This document shows positions 48,519 to 58,270 of a stretch of 64,000 nt of DNA, one piece after another. A model generated the notes under the pieces. The model made no database searches and had not been told where the DNA came from. It saw only the letters and a program-made list of their open reading frames with translations. This DNA comes from Minisyncoccota bacterium (lineage in GTDB: Bacteria > Patescibacteriota > Minisyncoccia > Phycocordibacterales > Phycocordibacteraceae): the NCBI GenBank assembly GCA_039927695.1, contig JBDSUM010000017.1, positions 1,631-65,630 on the forward strand, written 5' to 3'. The stretch's first letter is position 1. Each line of letters starts with the position of its first letter. Position numbers and translations under genes: made by a program.

Positions 48519-48851
48519 CTAAAGCTTTACTTCAAAACTAGCTTCTTCGCGCTCTCTTGCCATAAAATCCCGTACTTCCTCGTTCCATAACTGAATAGGC
48601 TGATAGTTGGCATAAATGACTCCAAATAGTTCAAGTGAAGTACTCTCATGCCGACCAATTGTGTTCTCTTTAGAAAAAAGAAAACCGCCTCTTACGAAGC
48701 GGTTGGATAGTTTTGTTTCTGTTGCCAAGCGGGGTATCAGCCCGCTCCGATGTCCAGATGTTACTCCGGAACGCTCTCCATGAACTTCTGGAAAGACTGA
48801 CAGATGTTCCTCTTGGTGAGGGAATCTGAGCCAATCTCTCCAGTTGCCCAC
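48519..48851 (-). pseudogene. possible frameshifted 3' continuation of the 48761-49369 ORF
   Basis: Overlaps the upstream ORF by 90 nt in a different frame. Its only start is GTG. The downstream two-thirds looks protein-like. A homopolymeric A-run lies nearby. Confidence 0.25.
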
Positions 48852-49369
48852 TTTTGAGTCGCGACTATCACATCCTCATATCCGAGCCAGCCTTCTCGGC
48901 GATCGGATTGACGAAGAATAGTCCGGTGTACACCCTCGATGGCATAGCCAGTGAACTTCTGTTCACTAACCATGTTCACGCAGAGGATTTTCCGTACGGG
49001 AATTCGCACACGCTTGGGCGAATTCTCATACGTGTACACATCTGACTCAAAGCGCGCTGTCACCGCTATCTTCTCGGGGTAGAAATCCGACATCGGATTC
49101 TTCCCATCGAAAATGGTGTGCCTGGACACCACTTTCTGTGAAGATTTATGGTCATACGCGTAGAGAACGGCCTCTTTCCGAACACCACCAGTCGACCCCC
49201 ACGAACTCTCGAACGCGAGAATGAAGGTGGTGTTCAGAAAGGGCACATACAGGGTGTCCACTACTATGGAACTGTCGCCGATATGGACATGGTAGTCCAC
49301 CAGCAACGTTCCCTTGTCGTGGATCTTGACCCAGGAATGGGCCTCGGCGATCTGGCTCTGTTGGGTCAT
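48761..49369 (-). CDS. hypothetical protein (202 aa)
   Basis: Protein-like composition. No recognisable domain. Confidence 0.4.
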   Translation of the reverse strand: MTQQSQIAEAHSWVKIHDKGTLLVDYHVHIGDSSIVVDTLYVPFLNTTFILAFESSWGSTGGVRKEAVLYAYDHKSSQKVVSRHTIFDGKNPMSDFYPEKIAVTARFESDVYTYENSPKRVRIPVRKILCVNMVSEQKFTGYAIEGVHRTILRQSDRREGWLGYEDVIVATQKWATGEIGSDSLTKRNICQSFQKFMESVPE

Positions 49370-49597
49370 GGCTATTCTCCTTCAGGAAGCGAGGCAGGAT
49401 TGCCTCAAGCGAAGTCAATGTCCTTTGAATCTGAGAACACTATACTTAGCTTGGAGCTAATTGTCAAGTATAAAGACAATTAATATGACTATATATTGAT
49501 TAATATAAGACATAAAATAAAGCATATTCGCACATATTCATCCATTTATCATCAAAAATATTGACTAAATAATGATATTGCCTATATACTTACTTAT

Positions 49598-50344
49598 ATG
49601 GATATTTCCGAATCTCTCGCTACGCTTGGGTTGAATGAGAAACAATCAGCGATCTATGTAGCACTGCTTCAACTGGGGCGGGGAAGTGCATACTCGATTG
49701 CAGACAAGGCAGGTATTAAAAGACCAACTGCATATGTGATTCTTGGTGAGCTTTTTGAAAAAGGTTTGGTATCTCAAGTGCCGCGTGTTCGTAAGAAGCT
49801 GTACGTTGCTGTGTCACCAGAACAAGCTTTTGCCTCTGCAGATGAGAAACTCACACTTGCAAAGGAAAAACTGCCTGAGCTGCTTGCGATGACAAAGGGA
49901 GCTGATTCGAAAGTCAGCGTACTTTTCTTTGAAGGCATAAAGGGGATAAAGCAGGTAATGGAATATAAGCGTGACGAAGATAAGGGAAAGGAGTTCGTTG
50001 GTTTCTACGCCACGAGTGCGAATGTGCCAAAAGAACTGACTGAGTACTTTGACGAGTGGAATGAAAAGAATCGCAGGAGAAAGATTACTATGCGCGGTAT
50101 CGTGCCTGACCACGATTCGCTTGAACAATACCGAGAGAACGATGAGCGACACGGTCGTCGCATGAAAGTAGTTTCTCACAGCGAATTATCGTCAGAAGTA
50201 GCAATTGATATTTCTGAGAGAATCGTGCGTATCCATGACTATAAGAACCTGCAGGGAATTGCCATTGAGAATGCTGATGTCGCGAAAACATTGCGTGAAG
50301 TATTTGAGATGTTATGGAGTCGTATCCCTGATCAAAAGCTATAG
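49598..50344 (+). CDS. TrmB family HTH transcriptional regulator
   Basis: LGLNEKQSAIYVALLQLGRGSAYSIADKAGIKRPTAYVILGELFEKGLV winged HTH. TTGACT/TATATACT promoter-like sequence upstream. Confidence 0.65.
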   Translation: MDISESLATLGLNEKQSAIYVALLQLGRGSAYSIADKAGIKRPTAYVILGELFEKGLVSQVPRVRKKLYVAVSPEQAFASADEKLTLAKEKLPELLAMTKGADSKVSVLFFEGIKGIKQVMEYKRDEDKGKEFVGFYATSANVPKELTEYFDEWNEKNRRRKITMRGIVPDHDSLEQYRENDERHGRRMKVVSHSELSSEVAIDISERIVRIHDYKNLQGIAIENADVAKTLREVFEMLWSRIPDQKL

Positions 50345-50381
50345 GCAAGTTGAGGCAATATATGGTATCCTCGCTTCTGAA

Positions 50382-50455
50382 GCGGGATTAGTTTAATGGT
50401 AGAACTACAGTTTTCCAAACTGTTAGCAGGAGTTCGATTCTCCTATCCCGCACCA
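50382..50455 (+). tRNA. tRNA-Gly (anticodon TCC), CCA encoded
   Basis: Acceptor GCGGGAT/ATCCCGC. Anticodon stem ACAGT/ACTGT with loop TTTCCAA. T-arm AGGAG-TTCGATT-CTCCT. Confidence 0.8.
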
Positions 50456-50485
50456 AATAGGAATTAGGTATGATGCGATATACTG

Positions 50486-50845
50486 ATGAGCATGGAATCT
50501 AATCCGCTTAATAAGGCGCCAAAACAAGCGAGTCCTGAAAAGGGTCTCTCGCCTGAAGGTCTCCAGGTTTTGCGGGACGCTGTACCCGTTCTTCAAGCGC
50601 GAATGGCACTAATTGATCGCAAAGACCAAGAGGGGACTTCTGAGAGCGATAATGAGAACTACGATCGCAATGATCCGCAACGACAAGAAGCACTTATGAA
50701 TTGGGCGACTGGTGGTATGGCTGCAAAATTTCGAGACTACGTTGAAGACCCATTACACGCGACTGAAACTATAAATCCCGATAATCCGGAAGAACTCAGA
50801 GCTCTTTTGCAGAAACTGCGAAGTGAATCAGATACTATGCACTAG
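50486..50845 (+). CDS. hypothetical acidic protein
   Basis: 119 aa. No recognisable domain. Confidence 0.4.
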   Translation: MSMESNPLNKAPKQASPEKGLSPEGLQVLRDAVPVLQARMALIDRKDQEGTSESDNENYDRNDPQRQEALMNWATGGMAAKFRDYVEDPLHATETINPDNPEELRALLQKLRSESDTMH

Positions 50846-50871
50846 AGTATTAAATGTTTGGATACAGAAAC

Positions 50872-50898
50872 AAAAGAGCGACCTGCTGTCGCTCTTTT
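50872..50898 (+). terminator. rho-independent terminator
   Basis: AAAAGAGCGACCTGCTGTCGCTCTTTT. Confidence 0.55.
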
Positions 50899-50928
50899 GT
50901 TTTGTCGCGAGAGGCGTACAATTTTTGT

Positions 50929-52134
50929 ATGGAACCCCTCGCATCTCGTCTACGTCCGAAATCCCTCAACGACTTCGTTGGGCAAGAACACCTTGTTGGA
51001 GAAGGGAAGCCACTTCGCGTTGCTATAGAGAAGAAGCATCTGTTCTCATTCGTCCTGTGGGGGCCTCCAGGCACCGGTAAGACCACTATCGCCCGAATAT
51101 ACGCCAATGCCCTAGATGCAGAGCTACACGAGCTCTCAGCGGTTTCTGCAGGGAAAGAAGACATACGTAGAATCGTAGAAGGAGACGCTCCAAAGAGTCG
51201 TAGCAAGAAGGCTGAGCAAGTACCATTTGAGTCAGATGCTTTTCGTGGCAAACCAAAACTATTGTTCCTCGACGAAATTCATCGTTTCAATAAAAGCCAG
51301 CAGGATTTCTTACTTCCATACGTTGAGAGCGGTGTACTCACACTTATAGGAGCAACTACAGAGAACCCTTCGTTTGAGATTATCCCAGCGCTCCTTTCTC
51401 GCAGTCGAGTTTTTGTACTTGAACCACTTGGTGAGGAAGCACTCCGAGCAATTCTAAAGCGCGCGAAACTTAAACTCGGCAAAGATGCATTTGAATGGCT
51501 TCTTGGGTATGGAAATGGCGACGCGCGTAAAGTACTCACACTTTTGGATAGTGTGATGGAGTTGTACGGAAAGATTACCGTCGAGACGCTTAATAAAGCT
51601 CTTGAGTCACCGCACCTGCGTTACGACAAGAAAGGTGACGAACACTACGATACTATCTCTGCATTTATTAAAAGCATGCGCGCATCGCAACCAGACGCTG
51701 CGGTCTATTATCTTGCACGCATGGTTGAAGCTGGTGAAGACCCGCTATTTATTGCACGACGTATGGTTATCTTCGCGTCTGAAGACATAGGGCTCGCACA
51801 ACCAACGGCACTCGTTGTAGCAAACGCAGTCTTCCGCGCATGTGAGACTATTGGTTACCCCGAGTGCGCAATAAATCTCGCGCATGGTGTCGCGTACCTC
51901 GCTAACTGCAAGAAGACGAAGTCAGCATATGAAGCATTGCGCGCTGCTCAGGCAGACATTCGTACGTATGGTAACCTCCCGATCCCAAAGAAGATTCGTA
52001 ATGCTCCTACTAAACTTATGAAAGAACTGGAGTATGGAAAGGGGTATGAGCGATACGATGATGAAAGTTATATGCCCGATAAGTTGAAGAACAAGAAATA
52101 TTTTCCTGATACAAAAGAAAACCGCGTCGACTAG
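50929..52134 (+). CDS. rarA: replication-associated recombination protein A (RarA/MgsA AAA+ ATPase)
   Basis: [19 protein letters not shown] and [10 protein letters not shown] motifs. ATG at 50929, within the longer ORF-track frame. Confidence 0.85.
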   Translation: MEPLASRLRPKSLNDFVGQEHLVGEGKPLRVAIEKKHLFSFVLWGPPGTGKTTIARIYANALDAELHELSAVSAGKEDIRRIVEGDAPKSRSKKAEQVPFESDAFRGKPKLLFLDEIHRFNKSQQDFLLPYVESGVLTLIGATTENPSFEIIPALLSRSRVFVLEPLGEEALRAILKRAKLKLGKDAFEWLLGYGNGDARKVLTLLDSVMELYGKITVETLNKALESPHLRYDKKGDEHYDTISAFIKSMRASQPDAAVYYLARMVEAGEDPLFIARRMVIFASEDIGLAQPTALVVANAVFRACETIGYPECAINLAHGVAYLANCKKTKSAYEALRAAQADIRTYGNLPIPKKIRNAPTKLMKELEYGKGYERYDDESYMPDKLKNKKYFPDTKENRVD

Positions 52135-52158
52135 CGACGCGGCAGATATTCGAGGGGC

Positions 52159-52563
52159 TTACCCAGGTACGGAAATCGAGAGTTGCGGATCGTCGTCAGT
52201 GCTCGTATAGATACCGTCCTCAATCATGACCGTGTAAGGAGCTGCGATCGAAAGATGAGGGGTCATTGGAGGCACAACGATGCGATCACCAGTTGAAACT
52301 GCATATTCACCTGTTTCGTCCCGAAATATCCCATGACCGGCGGTAACCAGAACTATGGTCATGCCGGCGTGCATATGTAGGTGGTCTTCGGTATCACGTA
52401 CTTCGATCCGTACGATGTGACTCACCAGCTGCTTGCCAGTCCTTGCAGCGGCTTCTGCAAGCGCGCTCAAGACTTGAGTTGGGTAATGGAACGAATGCGA
52501 TTCTTCCGAACCCACAAAATGCTTAGTGTATTCGCCTGGACGAATGATTAGACACTGGGGCAT
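52159..52563 (-). CDS. cupin domain protein
   Basis: HxH...E...H-like beta-barrel motif region HMHAGMTIVLVTAGHG. 134 aa. Confidence 0.5.
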   Translation of the reverse strand: MPQCLIIRPGEYTKHFVGSEESHSFHYPTQVLSALAEAAARTGKQLVSHIVRIEVRDTEDHLHMHAGMTIVLVTAGHGIFRDETGEYAVSTGDRIVVPPMTPHLSIAAPYTVMIEDGIYTSTDDDPQLSISVPG

Positions 52564-52659
52564 ACATTTCTCCTGTTTTCCTATCAGCCACCGAGATTTC
52601 AGTGGCTGAATAAGAAGGGCGACTACAGCTAGGTCGCCCTCAGGTCAGGTCAAGTACAA

Positions 52660-53064
52660 TCACTTGATCTTCATAACGTTAAAGATTCTGCCGACCTGCA
52701 CGAAACCTTTGTCGCCGGCCTCTTGTGCAAGCTGATGTAGTTGCCGGTACTCGGCAATGGGTTTTTCGGACTCTACTTCTAGGGTGATCGGAGATTCCGC
52801 TCCTCGCGTATCCCAGCCAGAAGCAAAGACCCAGTACGAACCGCCGAGATCAGATTCTTTTTCGAACTCCCATACCGAGATCAATTCCACATCGTCTGCC
52901 ATGTCTCCGCCTTCTTCAGCGCTATAAGCAGACAGAGCAAGATACTTGAAACCCTGTACAGTGATTGGTTCTCGGAGCCAGTGCTGGACAACTTCAAGGC
53001 TATACATGTCATGCCGTACATTGCCCTTGTACGGGATTATCGTTGCAAGAAAGCGAGTTGCCAT
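52660..53064 (-). CDS. hypothetical protein
   Basis: ATG at 53064 has AGGAGA upstream. The longer ORF-track frame overlaps the next gene. Confidence 0.4.
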   Translation of the reverse strand: MATRFLATIIPYKGNVRHDMYSLEVVQHWLREPITVQGFKYLALSAYSAEEGGDMADDVELISVWEFEKESDLGGSYWVFASGWDTRGAESPITLEVESEKPIAEYRQLHQLAQEAGDKGFVQVGRIFNVMKIK

Positions 53065-53114
53065 TGGAATTCTCCTAAATGCATTTCTTCGATCTGGAAG
53101 CAGCGTGGCCCCTG

Positions 53115-53528
53115 TCACAACAGAGGGGCGAGACGCGGATATTTTCTCTTGAATCGAAGATAGGCGTGACGCTTTTCGCGATCCAGAAGACATTGCAGCC
53201 GATTAATCCTTGCCTTGACCCAGATTGCGATTAACAATATTGCACTCAAGAGAAATATGAACGCATATACTCCTGGAAATCCGCCCAGCATTCGTTGGAA
53301 TATTCCTAAGGTGGCAAACCACCCAACGAATAGTGGAGAATAGGCAAGAGTCTGCAATATTCCCTGATGATAGTGAGCCGGCCCTCTCGGATAGTTTCTC
53401 CACAGAAACTGCGCAGTGGCTCGCGCGGCAATTCTTTCGCGAACGACTCTCCTATAAAGGTCAGGATCACCCATTTGACGCGCCCACGCGTCTGGCATCA
53501 GATAGGTATACATATTTAATTCCTTCAT
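53115..53528 (-). CDS. membrane protein
   Basis: Two or three TM helices. No recognisable domain. Confidence 0.4.
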   Translation of the reverse strand: MKELNMYTYLMPDAWARQMGDPDLYRRVVRERIAARATAQFLWRNYPRGPAHYHQGILQTLAYSPLFVGWFATLGIFQRMLGGFPGVYAFIFLLSAILLIAIWVKARINRLQCLLDREKRHAYLRFKRKYPRLAPLL

Positions 53529-53626
53529 AAATCAAAGAACCCGTTTATCTTGAATCATTTTTATGATTTGTCAAAATATGTCGAACAATTGTTGACAAAG
53601 ATTCGACAACATACTAGCGTAAAGGA

Positions 53627-54385
53627 ATGGATGAGCAATTACTTACTTCTCTGGGACTCAATGAGCGAGAAATTAAGCTATATCGAGCGGTATTAGGAGC
53701 TAAAGAACTTACACCTATTGAATTGGCAAAGAATGCGGGTATTAAAAGAACAACAGCTTACAGTGCTGCACGTTCCTTGGTGGAGAAAGGATTACTTATC
53801 GAAGATTCAAGTAGGCGTCCTAAAGTCTTTCGGCCGTCCATGCCAGAGGACATAAATATTACAATTGAAACTGAACGCAAACGTTCTGAAGAAAGACAGC
53901 AAATTTTAAAACAACTTTCTGAAAACGTTGCGGTGGCAAATCAACAAGTCACATATCCGATTCCGCGCATTAAATTTATAGAGGGTTCAAAACTAGAGCA
54001 ATACTTTAAGCAAGCGTTTCCGCTTTGGATTCAAAGCATGGAGGATTCAGGTGACTATGGGTTATGGGGATTTCAGGACTCAACCCTTGTTGACGTGTTT
54101 GAAAATCAATTACATCGGTGGTGGAAAATCGTTCCTGCTGAATCTGAAGTCTACCTCCTAACAAATCTTTCAGGAGGAGAGAAACGATTTAAGGGACAAT
54201 ATGAGAGAAGGCATATGAAATATTGGGGAGAAGCTACTGATTTTATTTCCAGTACCTGGGTCGCGGGCGATTATATGGTTATCATTAACACACGAACCAA
54301 ACCTTTCTACGCGATAGAAATACATTCACGACCGTTAGCACACGACCAACGCGAAGTATTTAGAAACTTGTGGCCTTTGGTGTAA
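53627..54385 (+). CDS. TrmB-like HTH transcriptional regulator (paralogue of 49598-50344)
   Basis: LGLNEREIKLYRAVLGAKELTPIELAKNAGIKRTTAYSAARSLVEKGLL. Confidence 0.6.
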   Translation: MDEQLLTSLGLNEREIKLYRAVLGAKELTPIELAKNAGIKRTTAYSAARSLVEKGLLIEDSSRRPKVFRPSMPEDINITIETERKRSEERQQILKQLSENVAVANQQVTYPIPRIKFIEGSKLEQYFKQAFPLWIQSMEDSGDYGLWGFQDSTLVDVFENQLHRWWKIVPAESEVYLLTNLSGGEKRFKGQYERRHMKYWGEATDFISSTWVAGDYMVIINTRTKPFYAIEIHSRPLAHDQREVFRNLWPLV

Positions 54386-54389
54386 GTCT

Positions 54390-54977
54390 CTAACGAATTT
54401 CCCGCTTAAGCGATTCGATTTCACTTTCCATTTTCCGTATATCTGTCTGAAGAGTCCTTGCTTCTCGCTCATGTTCTTCTAAGCGTCTCGAGGCAGCTCG
54501 CTCTTCTTCTTCCGCTGCAGAGTGACTGCGTTCGTCATTTCTACTCAAATCTTCCAGAACCCTTTTGTGTTGCTTGAGCTCATCTTCTGCGCGTTGTTCA
54601 CTACGTTCAGTTTCTTCAAGCTGTCTCGTTAAATCTTTCTTAATCTGTTCCAATCGATCACGATTTGCCTGAAGGTCGCGTACAGAACGTTCTTCAACAG
54701 TTCTTTTGTCGCTTGTTCCGGCGCGTAGAGTACGTTTTGCTGCTGCAATACGATCTTTAAGTCGAGGGGATTCGGTTTCTATCGCGCGAAGATCAATCTG
54801 CTTGCGGTCGAGGTCGCGTTTTATGCGAGTCATCTGATCTTGAGCTGCGCGAGCTCGCTGTTCTTTACGCTCTTTCTGTTGCGCTTCCTGACGCATCTTG
54901 AAGACTTCTTCATCGCGTTTGCGTTCTGCAGCAAGCTTGGCTGCGCTGTCTCCAAGAAGTGGGTTCGGGGTGCTCAT
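54390..54977 (-). CDS. coiled-coil charged protein
   Basis: R/E/K-rich heptad-like sequence. Start taken at MSTPNP. Confidence 0.4.
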   Translation of the reverse strand: MSTPNPLLGDSAAKLAAERKRDEEVFKMRQEAQQKERKEQRARAAQDQMTRIKRDLDRKQIDLRAIETESPRLKDRIAAAKRTLRAGTSDKRTVEERSVRDLQANRDRLEQIKKDLTRQLEETERSEQRAEDELKQHKRVLEDLSRNDERSHSAAEEEERAASRRLEEHEREARTLQTDIRKMESEIESLKREIR

Positions 54978-55034
54978 ATAGGTACATGCTAGCACGCAGT
55001 TTGGTGTGGCTCTGCTATTGGGTATACTTCTGGA

Positions 55035-55595
55035 ATGACTATTGGAATCATGGGTGCTCGCGGTAGCTTCTCAGAAGAAGCGGCACGTAAATATATGCAA
55101 AAGGAGGGCATAGAGTCTGAAATTGCTTTTTTAATATCTGCAGAGAATGTTTTGACTGCACTTGAAGCTGGAGAGATAGACTGCGGCATATTCCCAATCG
55201 AGAACAGTAACGGCGGCATTGTTATCGAAGCAGTGTACGCAATGGCAAAGCATAGATTTACCGTTGAGAAATTATTTGAAATAGACGTACACCAGAACTT
55301 GCTTGTTGCACCAGGAGTGAATGCTGATCAGATCACGGCGATAACTTCACATGACCAGGCACTTAAGCAGTGCCGTATGTATTTGAAGCGTAAGTGGCCT
55401 GGTGTTGAATTAACGGAGTACGCAGATACGGCAAAAGCTGCTGAAGATATCGCAAATGGCACGCTTCCAAAAACAACAGCCGCGATAGCATCACGCGTGG
55501 CAGCAGAGATATATGGACTCGATATTCTTGAGGAAAGTATTCAAGACCTAAAGTTTAATTACACGAGTTTCGTTGTAGCCGTACCGTTCGTTTAA
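55035..55595 (+). CDS. pheA: prephenate dehydratase catalytic domain protein (no ACT domain)
   Basis: PDT-domain pattern IGIMGARGSFSEEAA...TRF-like ending. Only 186 aa. Confidence 0.7.
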   Translation: MTIGIMGARGSFSEEAARKYMQKEGIESEIAFLISAENVLTALEAGEIDCGIFPIENSNGGIVIEAVYAMAKHRFTVEKLFEIDVHQNLLVAPGVNADQITAITSHDQALKQCRMYLKRKWPGVELTEYADTAKAAEDIANGTLPKTTAAIASRVAAEIYGLDILEESIQDLKFNYTSFVVAVPFV

Positions 55596-55615
55596 ATAGT
55601 GGTACCCTAATAGAC

Positions 55616-55780
55616 ATGGAACACATCACCGTCTCACACCAAGATTTATTCGGCACTCTCTGGGCTATCGGCTGGCTCTTCAGTATTGGCTATTTGAAGC
55701 TTTCATTCTGGAGAGGAGTACTCGCACTTATCATTTGGCCATATTACATAGGCGTAAAGATTCGCGAAATAAAAGCGTAA
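55616..55780 (+). CDS. possible small membrane protein (54 aa)
   Basis: Below the track cut-off. Hydrophobic helices. Followed by a strong terminator. Confidence 0.3.
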   Translation: MEHITVSHQDLFGTLWAIGWLFSIGYLKLSFWRGVLALIIWPYYIGVKIREIKA

Positions 55781-55793
55781 GGGAACGAATAAG

Positions 55794-55822
55794 AAAAGGC
55801 CCCGCCGTAGGCGGGGCCTTTT
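55794..55822. terminator. bidirectional terminator
   Basis: AAAAGGCCCCGCCGTAGGCGGGGCCTTTT. Confidence 0.6.
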
Positions 55823-55847
55823 CTTTAAAACGCTATATTCTTTCGAA

Positions 55848-56120
55848 TTACTTAACTGAATCCTTAAGCGCCTTTGCAGGACGGAACTTAGGAGTACGAG
55901 TTGCAGCAATCTGAATAGTCTCACCAGTACGAGGATTACGTCCTGTGCGTGCTGGGCGAGCCTTTGCAGTGAAGATACCGAGACCTGCGATCGAAACTTC
56001 ATCACCTGACTTAAGGCCAGATACGATTGATTCGATTACGCATTCAACAGCGCGATCTGCATCAGCCTTTGTTCCGCCGAGTACTTCCTGCACCTTCTCT
56101 ACGATGTTTGCTTTGTTCAT
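55848..56120 (-). CDS. hup: DNA-binding protein HU
   Basis: 90 aa. GLGIFTAKARPARTGRNPRTGETIQI arm motif. Confidence 0.9.
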   Translation of the reverse strand: MNKANIVEKVQEVLGGTKADADRAVECVIESIVSGLKSGDEVSIAGLGIFTAKARPARTGRNPRTGETIQIAATRTPKFRPAKALKDSVK

Positions 56121-56300
56121 ATAAACGTTTGGGGACTTGGTTACGGGTTAATCCTCCTTTCGGGGGTTATGTCACAAAGTATAGGAAATGAGCCATTTTA
56201 TGCAATAGGCAAGAAATGGGGCAGGGGATAGCGAAAATTCATTGACATAGACCTAATTTAGACGCATTCTTTCTCTTGAATCACGCAGAGGAGAAGGTAA

Positions 56301-56588
56301 ATGATTTGTGTATATGCGCTAATCGCTGGGGTATTCGTCTTCGTGGTTACATTGTTCCTTTCCAAACGTGTCATGTGGCATTTCGGCACGCTGAGTAGAC
56401 GTATTACAAACGTTATAGCGTTGCTCTACGCGCTAGCATCAATGTTCGGAATCCTGGGGCTATTCGCTCGGGCATATCCGAATGAATTCGGGCCGAATTA
56501 TATATTGTTCGCGTTCTTGGCGTTCATGATCGGCTTTCATATCTTGTTGTTCTATACGCGCACACGCGTGCCCGTACCCAAGATATAA
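56301..56588 (+). CDS. small membrane protein
   Basis: GAGGAGAAGG RBS. Three hydrophobic helices. Confidence 0.4.
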   Translation: MICVYALIAGVFVFVVTLFLSKRVMWHFGTLSRRITNVIALLYALASMFGILGLFARAYPNEFGPNYILFAFLAFMIGFHILLFYTRTRVPVPKI

Positions 56589-56591
56589 CAA

Positions 56592-56620
56592 AATCCCCGC
56601 GCAAGCAGGGATTTTTTCTT
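56592..56620. terminator. bidirectional terminator
   Basis: AAAATCCCCGCGCAAGCAGGGATTTTTT. Confidence 0.5.
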
Positions 56621-56634
56621 ATCTACCTATTTAA

Positions 56635-58143
56635 TTAGCGAGCAAACTCAACAACACGATTCTCGCGGATAACGTTTACCTTAATCTCTCCTGGATAACG
56701 AAGTTCTTCTTGCACGCGTGTCGCAATCTTTCGTGCGAGCGTATGTGTTTCAAGGTCAGAAACCTTTCCTGGATTCACAAAGATACGTATTTCACGGCCT
56801 GCTTGAATAGCGTATGCCTTCTCAACACCAGGGAAGCTCGTTGCAACACGTTCAAGGTCAATAAGGCGCTCCAAATAGCGCTCTACCGTGTCACGACGCG
56901 CTCCAGGGCGCCCACCACTGACGGCGTCTGCAACTTGTACGATGACGCTCTCAGGTGTTTCGTAAGGGTGCTCTTCATGATGAGACTGCATCGCTTGAAT
57001 AACGCGCTTATCGATACCGTATTTCTCGAGGATGCGGCGGCCAATCTCAACGTGCGTGCCCTGTACTTCATGATCAACAGCTTTGCCGATGTCATGTAAG
57101 AGGGCGCCTGCGCGAGCAATATCGGGATCTGCGCCAAGTTCTTCTGCGAGCATGCCGGCAATATGTGCCATTTCGATAGAGTGGGTGAGTACATTCTGGC
57201 CATAGCTGGTACGGAAGTAGAGTCGGCCAAGAAGGGTGGTGAGCTTTGGATCAAGTCCAACAACACCTGCTTCATATGCTGCCTCTTCACCCTTTTGTTT
57301 CATGAGTGATTCAACTTCGCTACGAGTCTTCTGAACAGTTTCTTCAATCTTTGCGGGCTGAATACGGCCGTCCTCGAGTAACTTCTCGAGTGTGATCTTG
57401 GCGATATGGCGACGAAGCGGATCAAATGACGAAAGGGTAATGGAGTCAGGAGTGTCGTCGATGATAACGTCCACGCCAGTAGCGCGTTCAAATGCTTTAA
57501 TGTTGCGACCTTCTTTTCCGATAACCTTTCCTTTTATCTCTTCTGATGGAATAGAAACCGTAAGTGACATAACTTCTGCATTCACAGGATTTGCGAGACG
57601 GTGAATAGTGGAGAGTAGGATGCCGCGCGCCTTTTCTTCTAGTTGTTTGCGGCCATGAGCTTCGAGCTTCTGAATGCGCCCAAGAAGTGCGCTTTCCTGA
57701 GTCTTTTCAATGTCGCGAATAAGACTCGCACGCGCTTCGTCCTCAGAGAAGTTCGCAATACGTGCAAGTTCAGCTTGGCGTTCCTTTAATACACCTTCAG
57801 CTTCAGTGCGAAGGTTGGTAGAAAGCTCCTCACGCTTTGCAAGAGCCTGCTCGCGTTCATCAAGAAACTCCTCACGCTTCATAAGGCGTGCACTAAAGCG
57901 GTCAACTTTCTGCTCGCGTTCCTGAATAGGAGCCGCGCGCGTCATTTCAACTTCTTCAGCACGTTCCTCTGCCTCTTTAACGATACGGCTAGCACGCTCC
58001 TTTGCTTCAAGGAGACGTTGTTTCACTTCTATTTCAAGCGATCCTCGCTGACCGAGCGCTATGAGAAGGCGCAGGATATAACCCAGCGCGATACCTGCGA
58101 GGCCCGAGAGCGCAAGCAGGATCAAGACTAATTTTATAGACAT
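56635..58143 (-). CDS. rny: ribonuclease Y
   Basis: N-terminal TM. KH domain GKEGRNIKAFE. HD domain HSIEMAHIAGMLAEELG...LLHDIGK. Confidence 0.9.
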   Translation of the reverse strand: MSIKLVLILLALSGLAGIALGYILRLLIALGQRGSLEIEVKQRLLEAKERASRIVKEAEERAEEVEMTRAAPIQEREQKVDRFSARLMKREEFLDEREQALAKREELSTNLRTEAEGVLKERQAELARIANFSEDEARASLIRDIEKTQESALLGRIQKLEAHGRKQLEEKARGILLSTIHRLANPVNAEVMSLTVSIPSEEIKGKVIGKEGRNIKAFERATGVDVIIDDTPDSITLSSFDPLRRHIAKITLEKLLEDGRIQPAKIEETVQKTRSEVESLMKQKGEEAAYEAGVVGLDPKLTTLLGRLYFRTSYGQNVLTHSIEMAHIAGMLAEELGADPDIARAGALLHDIGKAVDHEVQGTHVEIGRRILEKYGIDKRVIQAMQSHHEEHPYETPESVIVQVADAVSGGRPGARRDTVERYLERLIDLERVATSFPGVEKAYAIQAGREIRIFVNPGKVSDLETHTLARKIATRVQEELRYPGEIKVNVIRENRVVEFAR

Positions 58144-58270
58144 ATAAATACTAACGGTTTCAAATCCTCATGCCCCGACCGAGAACCGTCTTCAAAAGTG
58201 GCCGGAATATGAGGCTAATGGCAAATAATGGGTGCACGAAGAACTAGCGCACCGTACCATATTTGCTGGC

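Larger units (their letters stand above)
43275..49450. mobile_element. putative integrated element / degraded prophage remnant next to tRNA-Pro (boundaries uncertain)
   Basis: Serine integrase abuts the tRNA 3' end. BRO-N and DUF3892 phage-associated genes, a GC-atypical gene and a frameshift candidate lie inside. No att repeats were found. Confidence 0.3.
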
